NCBI RefSeq assembly: GCF_004010195.1
Contig: NC_057718.1
Coordinates: 97,157,644 to 97,221,643 of the forward strand
Source: Chiloscyllium plagiosum
Taxonomy: Eukaryota
Reading direction: 5' to 3'
Length of the DNA: 64,000 nucleotides
How positions within the stretch are numbered: position 1 is the stretch's first letter; every line of letters begins with the position of its first letter. Shown one piece after another: positions 59,506-64,000 of the stretch. The notes under the pieces were generated by a model. That model made no database searches, was not told where the DNA came from, and was given only the letters and a program-made list of their open reading frames with translations. Both the position numbers and the translations under genes were made by a program.

Positions 59506-60137
59506 TCTATAGGAATTCTGTAAACTTTCTGAGTTTGCAGTCAGAAGTGTTAAAGGACCAGCCAACTCTCACCTTTGTTTACTAAATCCAAAGTGTTCTT
59601 TCTCAGCGTTGGAAAATTGTTGGGGAATGCTATTGCCTGACAGAGGCTGCATTCAGAGCAATGGTGCCTCTCTGTTGGTTTCGTTTGTTCAGGGTTAGGA
59701 AAGGTGCAACTGATCACAAGCTCCTATCGAGGATATTTACCTTATTGACCCTCTCCAGCGTCGCCACCAGCTGGCTGAGTGGCGAGGGGCAGGTTGGCGT
59801 TGAGTTAAATGACCCTCCCCTGGGAACTCGGGGCCTCGCTATGTTGGAGCCCCCTTCACATGGAGCACTCAGTCGCAATCACTGAGTCCGTAACGCAGAG
59901 TCCAGACTCCAGGGGAGCAAAATCCCAGTTCCCCCTCAGGCACCCCCCACTCCAATGGCGTGCGTGCGGTAGCTCGAAATGTCACTTTCTGAGGGAGTCT
60001 GGCCAATTTTTGTGCACACTTGACCATCCAGTTGGTTGTCCCGCATCCCTCTAGAGAGCATGTTCCACAGACTGACTGCTGGCTGACTGAAATATTGGGT
60101 CTCACATCATCTCCTTTGGGGAAGGCCCACCATATTA

Positions 60138-60321
60138 AGTGTGATGCTGGAAAAGCACAGCCGACCAGGCCGATTCTAAGGAGCAGGAGAGTCGACACTT
60201 TGAGCATAAGCTCTTGAAATGTCAACTCTCCTGCTCCTCGGATGCTGCCTGACCTGCTGTACTTTCCCAGCGCCACACTTTTTGACTCTGATCTCTAGCA
60301 TCTGTGGTCCTCACTTTCTCC
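60138..60321. mobile_element. Fold-back mini-element family A, centre collapsed
   Basis: Arms GCTGGAAAAGCACAG...GAGCAGGAGAGTCGACA / TGTCAACTCTCCTGCTCC...CTCACTTTCTCC. Confidence 0.8.
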
Positions 60322-60904
60322 CACGTGGCAGTCAAGCAATAATGGCTGCTGATGGGCCTTCTACCAACATTGAGGAACCCCCACAGGCAGAGATCTCCTT
60401 CGAGAACTGCCGGTCAATCAGAGGCCTGTGATCCACCAGGGTCCCAGGTATGTTAGGAAAGGCTTAAAGAGGACGGAATAGAAGAAGCTGGAGAAGACCA
60501 GCAGGTGTGGCAACGTCTGTGCGGAGAGAAAAGCAGAGTTAACATTTCGAGTGATCCTCCTTCAGAACAACCACGTTGTTGTTCGTGGGAGCTTGCTGCA
60601 CCTCAGTTGGCTGCTGCCTTTCCTACGGTCAGATCCCCAAGTGCCTACCTGACCGTAGAGCTGTTCGCTGATTAGAGAGAGAGAGAGAGAGAGAGAGAGG
60701 TGACTGGTGATGGTTTAACCTGAGGATCACGAGAGAGAAAAGGTAAAGCAGGAGAGTCCTTCATGGTAACCTCAACCAGGGCAGGAATTGAACCCATACT
60801 GATGGCATCACTTTGGATCCATCCATCCATCAACTGAGCTAAGGGAGCCTCTTTGGAACAGAGTCTGGGAGGGATACTCTTCTGAGGGTCAGTGTGGACA
60901 TTGA

Positions 60905-61570
60905 GTGGTAGAGATGTGCAGCATGGAAAAAGATCTTCGGCCCTAATCCTCCAACCGATCAGATATCCTAAATTAATCTAGTCCCATTTGCCAGCATTTG
61001 GCCCATATCCCTCTAAACCCTTCCTATTCATATACCTATCCAAATGACTTTTAAATATTGTAATTGTTCCACCTCCATCACTTCCTCTGGCAACTCATTC
61101 CTTACACGTACCACCCTCTGCATGAAAACATTGCCCCTTAGGTCCCTTTTAAATCTTTCCCCTCTCCCATTAAACCTATGCCCTCTAGTTCCCCCACCCC
61201 AGGAAAAAGACCTTGTATATTTACCCTATCCATGTCCCTCTTGATTTTATAAACCTCTATAAGGTCACCCCTCAGCCTCCGACACTCCAGGGAAAACAGC
61301 CCCAGCCTGTTCAGCCTCTCCCTATAGCTCAAACCCTCCAACCCTGGCAACATCCTTGTAAGTCTTTTCTGAACTTTTTCACGTTTAACATCTTTCCTTT
61401 TGCAGAGAGAACAGAATTGCACACAGTATTACAAAAGTGACCTAACTAATGTCCCGTACAGCTGCAATATGACCTCCCAATTCGTATACTCAATGCACTG
61501 ACCAATAAAGGTAAGTGTATCAGACCCCTTCTTCACTATCCTGTCTACCTGTGACTCTACTTTCAAGCAA
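60905..61570 (-). mobile_element. CR1 (HER1-type) LINE 3' fragment
   Basis: ORF 61138..61422(-) 'RLGLFSLECRRLRGDLIEVYKI'. Confidence 0.92.
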
Positions 61571-61944
61571 CAATGGCCTCCTTCCGCACTGTAGAGGTTC
61601 TGTGAATAACATATAACAGCACGAGCTACGCATCAGAAGTAATTCATTGCTGGGAAGTGCTTTGAGAGATCCAGTGGAAGATGCAATCTAAATGCAATGT
61701 TCTGTTTCTGTCTCTCATCGCATAATTGCAGCAAGGAAAGTATTGGCCAAGAGCTATTCCATCTTGGACTGCTTTGCTGAACTTATATAGGCATTTCTTT
61801 CATATGCATACTCTGGCATTCGGCTAAGGACCAGGGTCTGGTGGAGTCATGAGCAGGTCAAATCCTATGACTTCAGGCCATTAGAGATCCTTGCCAATGT
61901 TTTTCTTGGAAGCTGCTTTCACCAAATATTGCAACTTGCTGGGA

Positions 61945-62262
61945 ATTAGATTAGATCCCCTACAGTGTGGAAACAGGCCCTTCAGCCCAACCAGTCCACA
62001 CCGACCCTCCGAAGAGTAACCCACCCAGACCCATTTCCCTCTGATTGATGCACCGAACACTATGGGCAATTTAGCATGGCCAATTCACCTGACCCGCACA
62101 TCTTTGGACTGTGAGAGGAAACTGGAGCACCCGGAGGAAACCCACTCAGACACGGGGAGAACGTGCAAACTCCACACAGACAGTCACCCGAGGGTGGAAT
62201 CGAACCTGAGACCCTGGTGCTGTGAAGCTGCAGTGCTAACCACTGAGTCACCGTGCCACCCC
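61945..62262 (-). mobile_element. HE1-type V-SINE
   Basis: Antisense full-length copy with ATTAGATTAGAT tail. Confidence 0.92.
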
Positions 62263-63078
62263 ATGTTTAGAATCAGATGGAGCTGTGTCTGACCGGCAGG
62301 ACTGTCCTTACTCACCCTTTTTCAATCTTGAATTTTGCCTTAAAAATTCCAGTGTCGTTGGAAGACTGTCAACATCTAGATGCCTCATCGAAAACAGCAA
62401 ACTTTTGCTTTAACCAGCACCTGGTGAACCGGCAGTCTCAATAAACCAGCTAAAGTAGATACCCGAAATACCAGACATTTACTGTATTATTGCAGCCTAC
62501 CGAGTGGTCAGTTGAGGGTGATCAGGCTCTCTGCCAGTCAGTTTTATTTCAGGCAGGGTTGCATTATTTTTTAAGTTATTTATGCAGTAAATAAAGCAAC
62601 GTGCATACCCCCTGCATTATGATTCTATTACTTGGAGCGTTTTTATACTGATGCTGACGGCCTCTTGATTTTCCGGAATATTTGATCAGTCGACACACTA
62701 CTGGTCTCAGAGATGCTGGTTAATGCAAAACTTGTTGTCATAGATGTACAGCACGGAAACAGACCCTTCAGTCCAATTCATCCCTGCTGACCAGATATCC
62801 AAAATTAATCTAAATTAAACCATTTGCCAGTATTTGGTGCATATCCCTCTCAACCCTTCTGATTCATATACCCATCCAGATGCCTTTTAAATGCTGTCAT
62901 TGTACTGGCCTCCACCACTTCCTCTGGCAGTTCATTCCATACACGTACCACCCTCTGTGTGAAAAAGTTGTCCCTTAGGTCACTTTTAAATCTTTCCCCT
63001 CTCACCTTAAACCAATGCCCTGTAGTTTTGGACTCCCCTACCCTGGGAAAAAGACTTTGTTTATTCACCCTATCCATG

Positions 63079-63281
63079 ATTTGGAGATGCCGGTATTGTA
63101 CTGGGGTGTACAAAGTTAAAAATCACACAACACCAGGTTATAGTCCAACAGGTTTAATTGGATGCACACTAGCTTTCAGAGCGACGCTCCTTCATCAGGT
63201 GATAGTCAGGTGAAAGCTAGTGTGCTTCCAATTAAACCTGTTGGACTATAACCTGGTGTTGTTGTGATTTTTAACTTTGTA
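63079..63281. mobile_element. Fold-back element family B, 13-bp TSD
   Basis: TSD CACCCTATCCATG at 63066-63078 and 63282-63294. Confidence 0.9.
63167..63201 (-). ncRNA. Minimal hammerhead ribozyme motif, family B (intact core)
   Basis: Minus strand CAC-CUGAUGA-A-GGAGC-GUC-GCUCU-GAAA-GC-UA-GUG. Confidence 0.7.
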
Positions 63282-64000
63282 CACCCTATCCATGCCTCTC
63301 ATGATTTTATAACCCGCTATAAGGTCACCCCTCAATCTCTGACGTTCCAGAGAAAATAGCCTCAGTGTATTCAGCCTCTCCCTGTAGCTCAAAATCCTCC
63401 AATCCTGGCAACATCCTTGTAAATCTTTTCTGAACCCTTTCAAATTTAACAACATCCTTTCTCTAGGAAGGAGACCAGAATTGCATGTGATATTCTAAAA
63501 GTGGCCTAACCAATGTCCTGTACAGCCACAACATGACCTCCCAACTCCTGTACTCAATACACTGACCAATAAAGGAAAGCATACCAAACGCCTTCTTCAC
63601 TAACCTATCTATCTGGGATTCCACTTTCAAGGAACTATGAACCTGCACTGCTCACAATCTTGGTTCAGCAATACTCCCCATAAAATGCATAAGTCCTGCC
63701 CTGGTTTGCTTTTCCAAAATGCAGCACCTCACATTTATCGAAATTAAATGCCATCCGCCACTCCTTGGTCCATCTGATCAAAGTCCCGTTGTACTCTGAG
63801 ATATCCTTCTTCACAGTTCACTGCGCCACCAGTGACTGAGGGTTTTACTTCTGTCGGAGCTTACAGACATGGCTGACCTGTCTGATGGCCTGTCTGATGG
63901 TCTGTCGCATCATCTTGGTCTGGCTCCCAGCAGCACTGCTATTGAAGTAAAGCTGCGATGAAGCATCATTCCTTTGATGTTTCTGTTTGTCACTGTGGGC

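Larger units (their letters stand above)
62737..63815 (-). mobile_element. CR1 (HER1-type) LINE 3' fragment with nested family B element
   Basis: ORFs 62850..63113, 63246..63455, 63463..63648 (-). Confidence 0.92.

Overview
Eukaryotic, repeat-dense non-coding DNA, most likely from a cartilaginous fish (shark). That assignment is inferred from the HE1-type V-SINE / HER1-type CR1 LINE pair, Deu-domain SINEs, Rex1/Babar, RTE and Penelope-like elements. No host protein-coding exon is supported: the ORF track is explained by decayed retroelement fragments, simple repeats, N-gaps (38401-39192, 57368-57793) or chance. The window looks like a large intron or gene desert, with several AT-rich, repeat-free candidate regulatory blocks. 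The most notable signal is a population of Penelope-like (PLE) derivatives carrying at least four distinct minimal hammerhead-ribozyme motifs (CUGANGA-N-stemII-GAAA-NN-UH). Many of these are short fold-back (inverted-repeat) mini-elements inserted with 13-15 bp target-site duplications. Other notable structures are a compound inverted duplication at 41274-42154 and a ~99% identical 481-bp direct duplication (3117-3597 / 4670-5150) containing an RFX X-box. Family names come from recognition by eye and no database was searched. Repeat boundaries are approximate (about +/-10-30 bp) unless TSD coordinates are given.
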